A DNA stretch of 63,812 nucleotides, counting the filler, from Octopus bimaculoides (taxonomy: Eukaryota), in NCBI RefSeq assembly GCF_001194135.2. It is 8 parts of 8 records of this genome, joined end to end, with 100 filler letters (N's around TTAATTAATTAA, not from the genome) between each part and the next. Parts side by side here need not be neighbours in the genome. Positions count along the whole stretch, not along the records: positions 47,286 to 52,224 come from NC_068981.1; positions 52,325 to 61,553 come from NC_069007.1; 6 more parts are not named here. One strand, given 5' to 3'. How positions within the stretch are numbered: position 1 is the first letter of the stretch; each line of letters opens with the position of its first letter. Positions 48,177 through 61,104 of the stretch are shown piece after piece. The translations under genes and the position numbers were made by a program. The notes under the pieces were generated by a model. That model was not told the origin of the DNA. It did not search any database and saw only the letters and a program-made list of their open reading frames with translations.

Positions 48177-48216
48177 GGCGACTCGAGTTTCAGGGCTATT
48201 TCCCTTCGTCATGGCC
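48177..48216 (-). ncRNA. Minimal type I hammerhead motif with a 1-nt core insertion
   Basis: GGC-C(A)TGACGA-AGGG aaatag CCCT-GAAACTCGAGTC^GCC; palindromic stem III ACTCGAGT; GUC triplet. Confidence 0.65.
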
Positions 48217-48292
48217 GGTATGACAGACTTTAACAGACTGTAATAAGTTGGCTATGCATACATACATCATACTCACATACAATTTTTTATAC

Positions 48293-48467
48293 CCACTACA
48301 CTCTCTGAGTGGTTGGCGTTAGGAAGGGCATCCAGCTGTAGAAACTCTGCCAAATCAGACTGGAGCCTGGTGTTGCCATCCGGTTTCACCAGTCCTCAGT
48401 CAAATCGTCCAACCCATGCTAGCATGGAAAGCGGACGTTAAACGATGATGATGATGATGATGATGAT
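48293..48467 (+). mobile_element. RTE 3'UTR fragment with (GAT)n tail
   Basis: Homologous to 44630-44806. Confidence 0.8.
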
Positions 48468-48479
48468 ATATATATATTT

Positions 48480-48805
48480 ATTCTTTTACTTGTTTCAGTC
48501 ATTTGACTGCGGCCATGGTAGAGCACCACCTTTAGTTGAACAAATCGACCCCAGGACTTAGACTTTGTACTTAATCTGTCAGCCTCTTTTTTTCCGAACC
48601 TCTAAGTTACGGGAACGTAAACACACCAGCATCAGTTGTCAGGCGATGGTGGGGGACAAACGCAGAAACACAAACTTATATATATGTATATATTCTTTAT
48701 TCTTTTACTTGTTTCGAATCAAATTGACCCCCAGGACTTATTCTTTGCCGAACCGCTAAGTTACGGGGGACCTAAACACACCAGCATGTTGGGGGGACAA
48801 ACACA
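48480..48805 (-). mobile_element. SINE A tail fragments (tandem, degenerate)
   Basis: Two partial reverse-complement tails. Confidence 0.7.
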
Positions 48806-48819
48806 GATACACAACATAT

Positions 48820-48870
<51 letters not shown>

Positions 48871-49815
48871 NNNNNNNNNNNNNNNNNNNNNNNNNNNNNN
48901 NNNNNNNNNNNNNNNNNNNNNNNNNNNNNNNNNNNNNNNNNNNNNNNNNNNNNNNNNNNNNNNNNNNNNNNNNNNNNNNNNNNNNNNNNNNNNNNNNNNN
49001 NNNNNNNNNNNNNNNNNNNNNNNNNNNNNNNNNNNNNNNNNNNNNNNNNNNNNNNNNNNNNNNNNNNNNNNNNNNNNNNNNNNNNNNNNNNNNNNNNNNN
49101 NNNNNNNNNNNNNNNNNNNNNNNNNNNNNNNNNNNNNNNNNNNNNNNNNNNNNNNNNNNNNNNNNNNNNNNNNNNNNNNNNNNNNNNNNNNNNNNNNNNN
49201 NNNNNNNNNNNNNNNNNNNNNNNNNNNNNNNNNNNNNNNNNNNNNNNNNNNNNNNNNNNNNNNNNNNNNNNNNNNNNNNNNNNNNNNNNNNNNNNNNNNN
49301 NNNNNNNNNNNNNNNNNNNNNNNNNNNNNNNNNNNNNNNNNNNNNNNNNNNNNNNNNNNNNNNNNNNNNNNNNNNNNNNNNNNNNNNNNNNNNNNNNNNN
49401 NNNNNNNNNNNNNNNNNNNNNNNNNNNNNNNNNNNNNNNNNNNNNNNNNNNNNNNNNNNNNNNNNNNNNNNNNNNNNNNNNNNNNNNNNNNNNNNNNNNN
49501 NNNNNNNNNNNNNNNNNNNNNNNNNNNNNNNNNNNNNNNNNNNNNNNNNNNNNNNNNNNNNNNNNNNNNNNNNNNNNNNNNNNNNNNNNNNNNNNNNNNN
49601 NNNNNNNNNNNNNNNNNNNNNNNNNNNNNNNNNNNNNNNNNNNNNNNNNNNNNNNNNNNNNNNNNNNNNNNNNNNNNNNNNNNNNNNNNNNNNNNNNNNN
49701 NNNNNNNNNNNNNNNNNNNNNNNNNNNNNNNNNNNNNNNNNNNNNNNNNNNNNNNNNNNNNNNNNNNNNNNNNNNNNNNNNNNNNNNNNNNNNNNNNNNN
49801 NNNNNNNNNNNNNNN

Positions 49816-49861
<46 letters not shown>

Positions 49862-50943
49862 TTGTGCACTTATATTGTGAAAATATTTAACTTTTATGGA
49901 GTTCACTTTTCCATAGAAACCCTAGCAAGTATTTTCTAATAAATTACACTGACTCAGATTGTTTTTGTTCATGTAAACCCTTTCAATGACACGTGTAGTT
50001 CGGTTGACACGTTTCAGCGCCTTAATTTTTTTCCCCACAAGAACCTTGGTTTGCTTGTAGATGACTGCTATTGCTGATGTATATTGTAGAAGCTGGGCTT
50101 TTAATATATTTTTCCTGCTCTATTGGAAAAAAATATTCCAGAAATGTAAAGAACACAGATATCTTCTTGTTCCATTGTTTATGCAGTTCGAATGATGAAA
50201 GTTGTTTATCTACACCTAACTGAGAATAAATCTGTAATGGAGTAGGAGTGTATCGTGACAATCGTAGTGTTTTTATGGTTGTCCGCGCGTGAGAGTGCTT
50301 TGTTAATAATATTAAAGATATTAATTTGAATAGCAAATGTTAAAATTCCACGAAACTACCTTTGTTGTGAACTATCGTAAAAGACAGGAATTTTCATTGT
50401 ATTAAACGTTGACTGTAAATTTAGAGTTCACTAATATCTGAAGCTATGCAATACTGTCTAAGCAGGTGCTTATATTAAAGGCGAACGGATATAAACCGCA
50501 TAATCCTAATCTTTTACTGGAACTGACAGTATATTATTAGAATTATATTATGCTTTTCTGCTTCTTTTTTTACTTCACCCGTCTTCTAATCATAGAGCTC
50601 TCAACTCCAGTTTTCTGTCGTTTATATCGTCACTTCTTCCTGAAACTTTAATTGGTCAGATTTAGGTCATTTTGTGCTGGTTTTTTCTCCTTCTTACTAC
50701 AGTTTACCTGATGTACATACCTTACCACCTTCCTTTCTATCAGCTTTGATTTTATGCTCCTGCTATTTATTGTTTTGTTGTTGTTGTTGTTTTTTTATAG
50801 TTATCGTCTAATGTATATATTAAACTTATATTCCTAACAACTTTATACTATCTTCCTTTCAAATGATCTCTCTCTCTCTCTCCCTTCTTCCCCTACCTCT
50901 CATTTTATAATTTTAAAACAATTTTATTATGATTATTATTGTT

Positions 50944-50987
<44 letters not shown>

Positions 50988-51984
50988 CGGGAGAGAGAGG
51001 GAGAGAGAGAGAGAGAGAGAGAGAGCGGGAGAGAGAGAGAGAGAGTAGTAATTGTTACCTTAACCCAGAAATTTCCTTCTACCATTTCCCTGTCATGTTA
51101 TTTAGTTTCTTGTTGCGTGTTCGCAATTCTACATTTTTATCCTCAACAATGTTTCTATCTGATGTGCTTCTTTTTGATGTAGCGCTGCAACCTAGCTGAA
51201 TAGTTGCTGATCTAGTCAGTTCTCTTTATTTATATTGTTCGGTTTATTGATTTCTTCTAGAATGTCAAGGTTATTACAGAGCCAACCACATCTTACTTGG
51301 GGATTTTTCTCAATATACTTCTTTTTATAAATCTTAGCTACAATGTTGTTTTCTGACCTTTTCTTGCTGAACATTATATTCCACTCATACGTTTATTTCT
51401 TTACGAACCTAATCTTGGATAAAATTAAATTATGCAATAATCGTAAATAGATTTCTCTCTCAGCAGGATCGTTTTCCCATACTTGAAGCTGATTTTATTA
51501 AACTTTTTATGTCTGACTGCTAGTATTTACGGACAGTATTAGTTTCCACTATTTTATCACAGGTTTTATACTATGCCTTATTACTTTCTGTGGGAAAAAA
51601 ATTGTCTCAAGTCCAGTCCTTCTCGACTGTTAACAATGAGGTGAAATAACTATTTAGTGCCTTTCTTTATTTATGCTTGTTCCTAGAATGTTTCGTTTTA
51701 TCGCCCACTCGGACTTGTTCACCTTCTTCTGGTGGAATAATAAAGCCTCAAATTCTATTCAGATACTACACCGGTCTTAGTAACCAAGTGACACTCATCG
51801 TTTACAAACATATGGCTTACACACGTCTCAAACGGGTTTCTTTATTTCATTTCATTACTCTGAATAAAATTTGAATAATTTCATGATGTAAATTTGTAAT
51901 ATTTCAGTAATTAATAAAACACGGTTTAAATTAGAAGCGATAGTATTTTTAAGGAACGGAACACGAATCCTAATTGTGTGTGTG

Positions 51985-52190
51985 TTCTTTTATTCTTTTA
52001 TTTGTTTCAGTCATGACTGCAGCCATGCTGGAGCACCGCCTTTCGTCGAACAAATCGACAACAGGACTTATTCTTTGTAAGCCTAGTACATTTTCTGTCG
52101 GTCCCTTCGACGAACCGCTAAGTTACTGGAACGTAAACACTCCAATATCAATTGTCAAGCAATGATGGGGGGGACAAATACAGACACAAA
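51985..52190 (-). mobile_element. SINE A tail
   Basis: TTTCAGTCATGACTGCAGCCATGCTGGAGCACCGCC... Confidence 0.8.
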
Positions 52191-52852
52191 TATACATACA
52201 TACATACATACATATATATATATANNNNNNNNNNNNNNNNNNNNNNNNNNNNNNNNNNNNNNNNNNNNTTAATTAATTAANNNNNNNNNNNNNNNNNNNN
52301 NNNNNNNNNNNNNNNNNNNNNNNNATATATATATATATATATATAATATTTGTGCATACTATACATGCAGAGGCACCTACACATGTATACATATACAATC
52401 ACTACTTAGACACTGTTGCAAATATATTTGTGTATACAGATAGATATATAAATGTGTGTGCGCGTGCGTGTGTGAGTGCTGAAATATATATATGCACGTG
52501 TATCTCTCTCTCTCTCTATATATATATATACGTCTATCTATCTATATCTATATCTATATATATAATACGCAAACACACACGCTCACACACACTCATATCA
52601 ATATACTGTCGTGCATCCTCGCATACGCACAATCTTATACATGCATGCATATATTGTTTTATCTATAATAGTATGTTGTACGTTTTAAATGGTTGTATTC
52701 TTAATTTTCCACGAAGATCTCACACAAATACACGCAGTCGTATATACATATATTGATATATACATAAATATGTATATATATATATATATGTATNNNNNNN
52801 NNNNNNNNNNNNNNNNNNNNNNNNNNNNNNNNNNNNNTATATATATATATAT

Positions 52853-52884
<32 letters not shown>

Positions 52885-53519
52885 GCATATACATACATAT
52901 ATATATATATATAATGTGTGTGCGTATGTATATATGTATATGCCTGTAGGTAACTATGAATTGTATGTAATATTCCGCCAAGGCATGTAACAGCTATTTA
53001 ATGTGCGTTCCAATATCGGTTATCATAAAGTAACCTCATAAATTTGCTACATCCTAACAGCTTGAAAGCTATTTCAGAAATGCAACTACATGTCCGATTT
53101 ATAAAATCTATCTATTAAAAATACATCTGCAAAAGGCTACAGTTAGAGCAACATACGGTACGAAAATGGCCTATAAAACTATTTATTGAGAACGTTTTTA
53201 TATTTCAAATATACAACATACAGGGCTGCCAGTGCAGCAAAAGAGGGAAACTAGCATACACCCTACACGTAATACATCTGGAAATTCAAAATTAGAGGAA
53301 TCAACAAGTTCACTGTCAAATGTATTGTTGCCGACGTGGTCATTTACAGAATGATTGCTAATGAAGGCAAAATAGTGCCGAGAGGATATACGATCTCAGG
53401 TACACTTGTTTAAAAACCTTGGAAAAATATATAAATAAATAATTAGCAATATTTCGAAACAATCTGAAAGGATGTAAGAAGGTATAAAATTGCTCAACCG
53501 GAAGTCATTTCTTATAATG

Positions 53520-53750
53520 GTTTCAAATTTTGACTCAAGGGCAGCCATTTTGATGGAAGGGATATGTCGATTACATCGACCCTAGTGCTCAACTGATACT
53601 TAATTTATCGACCTCGAAAGGATGAAAGGCATAGTCTTCCACGGCGGAAGTTGAACTAAGGGCAGAATTTGAACTCAGAACGTAGCGGCAGACGAAATAC
53701 AGGTAAGCATTTCGTCAAGTGAGGTAACGATTCTGCCAGCTCGCCTCCTT
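53520..53750 (-). mobile_element. SINE family C
   Basis: Reverse complement head GGCGAGCTGGCAGAATCGTT. Confidence 0.72.
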
Positions 53751-54027
53751 TGAGACATTTCTAATCATGTCCATGAATAAAGAATAAAATGCAAAGACAG
53801 CGTTGCCTGAGTTCGAACTCAGTAAGTGTTACCTAAGATAACACAAAGATATCCAGTGATTTACTGGTTCGGTCAAATCACAACCTCGAGGTAATGATAA
53901 TAATGAGAATAACAAGTACGTTGATAACGATGTTTTGTTCAAAGTCTTTTTCATATGAATCAAACCCTTAAACATTGTGCATTTTGAAGTACAGTCATTA
54001 AAAATTGTTCTGAGCGAAATCAAATAC

Positions 54028-54123
54028 CTGTGCCATTTCCATGAATTTCATAATTGCTTTCTTTTGCCAGAATCTTCAACGTCGGTTTACATAAGTTGAA
54101 CACGCTAACGCACACACGTGTAC
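54028..54123 (-). CDS. Possible 96-nt symmetric (phase 1-1) exon of the lectin gene
   Basis: aag|GT...CAG|gtattt; open frame GTRVCVSVFNLCKPTLKILAKESNYEIHGNGT; weak polypyrimidine tract; no recognised homology. Confidence 0.2.
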
Positions 54124-54172
54124 CTTCAAATTGATATACACATATACAAATATATACATAAACAAATACATC

Positions 54173-54242
<70 letters not shown>

Positions 54243-54804
54243 NNNNNNNNNNNNNNNNNNNNNNNNNNNNNNNNNNNNNNNNNNNNNNNNNNNNNNNNNN
54301 NNNNNNNNNNNNNNNNNNNNNNNNNNNNNNNNNNNNNNNNNNNNNNNNNNNNNNNNNNNNNNNNNNNNNNNNNNNNNNNNNNNNNNNNNNNNNNNNNNNN
54401 NNNNNNNNNNNNNNNNNNNNNNNNNNNNNNNNNNNNNNNNNNNNNNNNNNNNNNNNNNNNNNNNNNNNNNNNNNNNNNNNNNNNNNNNNNNNNNNNNNNN
54501 NNNNNNNNNNNNNNNNNNNNNNNNNNNNNNNNNNNNNNNNNNNNNNNNNNNNNNNNNNNNNNNNNNNNNNNNNNNNNNNNNNNNNNNNNNNNNNNNNNNN
54601 NNNNNNNNNNNNNNNNNNNNNNNNNNNNNNNNNNNNNNNNNNNNNNNNNNNNNNNNNNNNNNNNNNNNNNNNNNNNNNNNNNNNNNNNNNNNNNNNNNNN
54701 NNNNNNNNNNNNNNNNNNNNNNNNNNNNNNNNNNNNNNNNNNNNNNNNNNNNNNNNNNNNNNNNNNNNNNNNNNNNNNNNNNNNNTATATATATATATAT
54801 ATGT

Positions 54805-55042
54805 ATATGCATCGATCCATCTATCCGAATGTCCTCAAACAAAAAAAAAACAGGAAAAATAATCCAGAATCCTTGTCCAGTAGCGGATGGATCCAAAAAT
54901 CTAATAAGTTCATGACAGCCACAAGGCCAAACATCCCTGAAAGTTTCATCCGAATCCATCTTGCTGTTCTTCAGATATCCTGACCACGGACGGTTAAACA
55001 CGACTGAAAACAACACGTCTGTCTTTGCTAAGGCGGAGGTAA
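54805..55042 (-). mobile_element. Helentron-associated element, 5' part (same family as 31411)
   Basis: Minus TTACCTCCGCCTTAGC...GGATTCGGATGAAACTTTCAG..ATGTTTGGCCTTGTG...GGACAAGGATTC.GGATTATT. Confidence 0.65.
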
Positions 55043-55711
55043 GAAGGCAAAGTGAACTATTCCTCCATAGACTGAAGAATAAAATAAGAAGAAAATGAAG
55101 AGCTACAATCGATTTTCAAAACTTATTCACCTCTGATGAGGGATGTCTACACCATTGCAACAAATCCCAGTGAAATAGATGAGATCAATCTGTTTGTATA
55201 ATCAGGACCCGTAGCTACAGAGAACTGCAGCTACTAATTTGCATATGATAACTATTTAACATTTCCTTTTAATATCAACGTCCTGCCAACGGGGTTTTGT
55301 GTCCACTCAGTGTCAAGGTATGATATTAATATATGGAAATAAGGTAATACATACATATATAAACAGAGTCAATTTAACTATTTCTCCATAGATTGGAAGA
55401 AATGATGAACAAGGTTCAGTTCTTATTTTTGATCAATTCCATTCTAATCATTTTCCCTCATGAACGTGTTTTAAGCTATACTTTCATTACAAATTCATAT
55501 TCACAAAAGATATCACCTTCACACAAACAGTATTTGAAAAAAGATTATTATTCATCAGAGTAGGTTGGGGTGGGGTGGGTGTATTAGAAGCTCTCGCTGC
55601 AAACACGTTCACTCGCGTCCAGTTTCACTTCACAGCACCATGAGAAAGTATCTGTTATGCATACATACATATCTATTTATCAGTTTATCATCTCTCTCTC
55701 TTTCTCTCTCA

Positions 55712-55744
<33 letters not shown>

Positions 55745-55748
55745 TCTG

Positions 55749-55801
<53 letters not shown>

Positions 55802-56289
55802 TTGTCTGTCTGTTTGTGTGTCTATCTAGCTATCCCTGGAAGTCCTTAGCTGTCATACCCGTATAGTGCCTATTAATACTATCAGATTGTGTAAGGGTGG
55901 CTCAGTATACTACGGCCCTTGAGAGTCACGATCCTTCTAGAGAGCACATGGTGGGGTTTCGAAGGTTGCAGTTTGGGATTGGGGGTCGTGCGGGTGCACG
56001 TATACGTGCGTTGATGTGTGCGATGTTGTCTAAGCAGGAGTAGCTCACCTAGACATTATGGGGGTTGAAGAGTTTGTAATAAATGCGGCCTCTTGAAAGT
56101 GTTCCTTAATTAACAAACAGCACCTAGCGACGTTGGTGGAAACTTCTACGCTGAACGGGGTGGGATGGGAGGGGTTATCCTATATAATTTTTTCATTTTC
56201 TAATCCTTATGGGGTAAGGGGAAGGTGTTAGAACGTTGTTCACATACCTCAGCTTCTCGGTAGAGCTGCTCATAGACAAAGCATCGTTC

Positions 56290-56770
56290 TAGTGGGAGGA
56301 GCCATGTTAAATATCTCTCTATTGATGAGAGTTTAGATAGCCTTTTACTAATGTCTGAAACCAGACTTCTAAATTCAGCGGGGCGTGGGTTGAGCTCTTG
56401 TGGATGTGTATTGATTCCTCATTAGTCTTCCTGTGCGGATAATCCTTGCGGAGAAGAAGCAACTGGACCTTTGAGAGTCCCCAGTCCCTATCAAATAGCG
56501 TTACTCCTGAGACCCTTCGTATTTGCAATCATTCTATTTCTGCCATTACCCAACATTTAGGGCCATTGGTAAGGATAAGCCCGAAAATCGCATTGAAGAA
56601 AGACAATTTGGCTTTTTCTTTTAGTTGTTTCTCCCTTTTTGAAGATAGAATGCCGGAGCTGCCACAATATTGTGCCAGGATCTGCAGTTTTATTCTCTAA
56701 TCCAGCTTCCTGATTCCTATTACTCGGAAATACATACCCGAATTCCTTAAACCTCGGCACGTGACATAGT
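56290..56770 (-). mobile_element. RTE-like LINE RT/C-terminal fragment
   Basis: FKEFGY(LG-like); IRRVSGVTLFDR..HIHK; frameshifted. Confidence 0.6.
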
Positions 56771-57139
56771 ATTGTTCAACTATCATGCAGAGAGCCCTGC
56801 AACGTTCGGCAGGGAATCAATTCAGTGCATGCTGGAGAACGGCTTCTGACAGTCAGTTGCAAATCAATTCAAGAAATGTTTTCCCAGGGCAGCGCTGCAA
56901 ACGAGCTTGCTACTTAATCTTCTCTGCCACAAATCAAATTAATAATTATTCTACATCTATAAACACCAAAATGAAAACGATAATTTCTCAAAAACTTCTT
57001 AACAAAATTTGCAGACATATAAAATAATCCCAGAATAATATACTAAAAAATAGGATTACTACTAAATTTTTTCCAGCATCAAAATCTAGCATGAGTCTAA
57101 TTGTATGGACATACAAATTTACATGGATGCATATATATC

Positions 57140-57290
57140 TCTTTTACTCTTTTACTTTTACTTGTTTCAGTCATTTGACTGCGGCCATGCTGGGGCACCG
57201 CCTTCAGTCGAGCAAATCGACCCCGGGACTTATTCTTTGTAAGCCTAGTACTTATTCTATCGCTCTCTTTTAGCCGAACCGCTAGGTTAC
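57140..57290 (-). mobile_element. SINE A tail
   Basis: Matches the family A 3' module. Confidence 0.85.
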
Positions 57291-58054
57291 AGAGAATGCA
57301 AATCCTTAAGTCATACTCTACAAATGATCACAATATCCGGGACTACAAAATCTGCAGGATTTCTTAAGGATTAAAGGATGATGAACAGAGTAAGAAACTA
57401 TCCTTCACAGCTTTGGTACAAAGGAGCAGACGATCAACATTTACTCTGGATTAGGGAGAAAAAGCAAAGTACATACATACATGCATTTTGTTTGGGTTCC
57501 CACTGCAAAATTCTAACTAGGCTTCGTGTTAAGGGCGCAGCTGAGTAGCGGATCATATTTCGCCATCACTAATTTACATTGAGGGCCAATAGTTGGCTTT
57601 GGATAACTAGGTGGCTATCGGGGTATCGTATCTGATGGAAAAAAAGATGCAAAATCATTTATTGCCTCACAAATATCTCTAATGATGTTATATGTGCGTG
57701 TGTATATGTCCGCTTGTGTACGTTTCTGTGTGGGTGTACGTGTGTGCGTAAATGTATGTGTATATATGTGTATGTATGTGTGTGTATATATATGTGTCTC
57801 TTTGCGTATGCATCTGCGCGTGTGTATATACGTGTGTGCTAGTGTGTGTGTGCGTATATATACATCCATATATATATAGATACAGACGTGACAGATATTT
57901 GTGTAAATATATATTTATATATTATTTGCAATTTGTGAATCTGGCGAGAGCCAGTGTATACAAGATTTGTTAGGTGAACAGATACGTTGCATTGAAATAC
58001 AAAAGATAAAGGCTTGAAATACAACTTCAGAAAGGACATTCGATATTAACTCAC

Positions 58055-58081
58055 CATCCAAATATGCTTGGCCACGGCCGT
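58055..58081 (-). CDS. Probable 27-nt microexon (phase 1-1) upstream in the lectin gene
   Basis: ttttttcctttcgttgcag|ACGGCCGTGGCCAAGCATATTTGGATG|gtgagt; reads DGRGQAYLD and joins the CTLD exon in frame (G|AT = Asp). Confidence 0.55.
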
Positions 58082-60056
58082 CTGCAACGAAAGGAAAAAA
58101 CAAAAATTCATTTCAATACTTATATAGATGCACACATTCACACGCACGCCCACTCGGCCGGACATGTAGGGAAATTTGATGCGACGATCCAAACAGTGTA
58201 CAAAAGAGGATTCTATCAGTATCATGTCTTGTCTCTCTCTCTATATATATATATGAATTTACATGAGTGCAGATACATTTACTTAAATATATACATAAAC
58301 ATACATACATATATACATATACATATATATATATATATANNNNNNNNNNNNNNNNNNNNNNNNNNNNNNNNNNNNNNNNNNNNNNNNNNNNNNNNNNNNN
58401 NNNNNNNNNNNNNNNNNNNNNNNNNNNNNNNNNNNNNNNNNNNNNNNNNNNNNNNNNNNNNNNNNNNNNNNNNNNNNNNNNNNNNNNNNNNNNNNNNNNN
58501 NNNNNNNNNNNNNNNNNNNNNNNNNNNNNNNNNNNNNNNNNNNNNNNNNNNNNNNNNNNNNNNNNNNNNNNNNNNNNNNNNNNNNNNNNNNNNNNNNNNN
58601 NNNNNNNNNNNNNNNNNNNNNNNNNNNNNNNNNNNNNNNNNNNNNNNNNNNNNNNNNNNNNNNNNNNNNNNNNNNNNNNNNNNNNNNNNNNNNNNNNNNN
58701 NNNNNNNNNNNNNNNNNNNNNNNNNNNNNNNNNNNNNNNNNNNNNNNNNNNNNNNNNNNNNNNNNNNNNNNNNNNNNNNNNNNNNNNNNNNNNNNNNNNN
58801 NNNNNNNNNNNNNNNNNNNNNNNNNNNNNNNNNNNNNNNNNNNNNNNNNNNNNNNNNNNNNNNNNNNNNNNNNNNNNNNNNNNNNNNNNNNNNNNNNNNN
58901 NNNNNNNNNNNNNNNNNNNNNNNNNNNNNNNNNNNNNNNNNNNNNNNNNNNNNNNNNNNNNNNNNNNNNNNNNNNNNNNNNNNNNNNNNNNNNNNNNNNN
59001 NNNNNNNNNNNNNNNNNNNNNNNNNNNNNNNNNNNNNNNNNNNNNNNNNNNNNNNNNNNNNNNNNNNNNNNNNNNNNNNNNNNNNNNNNNNNNNNNNNNN
59101 NNNNNNNNNNNATATATATATATATACACATACAGAGGGAGAGAGAGAGGGACAAATAGAGTGACAGAGAGACAGAAGGGGAGAGAGAGATAGTTGGTAA
59201 CAGATTTAATCTGATGATCAGTATGAAACGAGTGAACTCTTTCGATATGACCGACTGTCTTTGTTCGCCGACTGTACTCAGAGCATCCGGGTTCGTTCTC
59301 CTTTTTTAGTTATTTGATCCTTTCAATATACAGCGTCATCGGTTTGCTAGTTTGAGTAGATAACCAACTACCGGAAGAGTTTCGTCTCACGCCCACGTCT
59401 GATCATGAATCCTCTATTCCTTTTATTGTATATGTAGTGAATCTCAATCAAATAATGCTAGAATTAACATTATTTGATCCGAGGCGCCTACTAAGCCGCC
59501 ATGACATTTGTGAACGACATCTGTGTAATTATGTGCAAAACATGACAGACAATGAAATGGGGTACACATTCTAAATTATGATGACGTGATGACAAAATCC
59601 AAACGGCGGTGCATAAGTATGGCCGCAGCTCTGAGCTGAAAGTATAGAGAAAAAAAAAAAGAAAAGTAAACCTGGGAATTTGGTTGTCTGAAACATGGCA
59701 CCGGGAGGATGTAAGTTCATGCTGCCTACCAATTTCATGTGTCCAAGCGAAAAATGTCTAATTAATTTAGTAGAATATAGTCCGTTTTATATTTCCAAGT
59801 TGATACGATCTCCGTCGCAGTAAGCAAAATAATTACCATACGAAATCTACAGTTCTAACATGCTTTTACTTGTATTTTGCCTTTTATTAGTTTCAGCCAT
59901 TCGACTGCCCTCCCACCAAGCATGGGCATCTATCTATCTATCTATCTATCTATCTAACTATCTATCTATCTATCTATCTATCGACCTATTTGTCTGTCAA
60001 TCAATCACTCAGTCAATATATGTATGTATGTATGTATGTATTTATCTATCTGTATG

Positions 60057-60099
<43 letters not shown>

Positions 60100-60622
60100 G
60101 TCTGACTGCCTGTCTGACTCTTTCTATCGATCTATCTCTTGATCTCTCACCATCTCTCTGTTTGTGTGTATGTACGTATGTATATGTATATANNNNNNNN
60201 NNNNNNNNNNNNNNNNNNNNNNNNNNNNNNNNNNNNNNNNNNNNNNNNNNNNNNNNNNNNNNNNNNNNNNNNNNNNNNNNNNNNNNNNNNNNNNNNNNNN
60301 NNNNNNNNNNNNNNNNNNNNNNNNNNNNNNNNNNNNNNNNNNNNNNNNNNNNNNNNNNNNNNNNNNNNNNNNNNNNNNNNNNNNNNNNNNNNNNNNNNNN
60401 NNNNNNNNNNNNNNNNNNNNNNNNNNNNNNNNNNNNNNNNNNNNNNNNNNNNNNNNNNNNNNNNNNNNNNNNNNNNNNNNNNNNNNNNNNNNNNNNNNNN
60501 NNNNNNNNNNNNNNNNNNNNNNNNNNNNNNNNNNNNNNNNNNNNNNNNNNNNNNNNNNNNNNNNNNNNNNNNNNNNNNNNNNNNNNNNNNNNNNNNNNNN
60601 NNNNNNNNNNNNNNNNNNNNNN

Positions 60623-60653
<31 letters not shown>

Positions 60654-60898
60654 ATATGTATATATCTATCTCTATGTGTCAATCTATCTCTCTATCTCTA
60701 TCTTTGTCTATCTATCTATCTATCTATCTGTCTGTCTGTCTGTCAGTCTTTCTATCAACCTATCTATTCTGTATGTCTGTCTGTCTCTCTATCTACCTGT
60801 CTGGCTGACAGGTATGTATGCACACACACACACACACACACAAAATGAATATAAACAGCAAGGTGGAATGTGATACCATAGAGCAAAAATTCAATCGT

Positions 60899-61104
60899 CT
60901 CACTCACACACACTCACACACACTCACACACGCGCACACACACACACACTCACACACACGGACACGCACACACTCACAAACACTCACACACACTCACACA
61001 CGCACACGCACACACACACACACACGGACACGCACACACTCACACACACTCACACACACTCACACACGCACACACACACACACACACACACACTTACACA
61101 CACA
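60899..61104. repeat. Degenerate (CA)n/CACT/CACG tract
   Basis: Directly visible. Confidence 0.9.

Noticed and set aside
50022-50336. Signal-peptide-like start MLFKLISLILLTKHSHA
   Set aside because: Begins at TTG preceded by an in-frame stop; no ATG and no suitable donor.
51100-51640. Possible degraded LINE ORF end on the minus strand
   Set aside because: Too many stops and no diagnostic motif that I could verify.
53829-54023. ORF containing MKKTLNKTSLSTYLLFSLLSLPRG (signal-like) and DCTSKCTMFKG
   Set aside because: Lies downstream of the microexon in gene order, has weak or phase-incompatible donors, and the resemblance to the CTLD start looks coincidental.
55133-55185. CTGATGA-GGGAT..ATCCC-AGT-GAAA
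   Set aside because: Extra bases before GAAA; no NUH site or stem I.
59211-59240. CTGATGATCAGTATGAAACGAGTG
   Set aside because: No stem II or stem I pairing, and G at the cleavage position.
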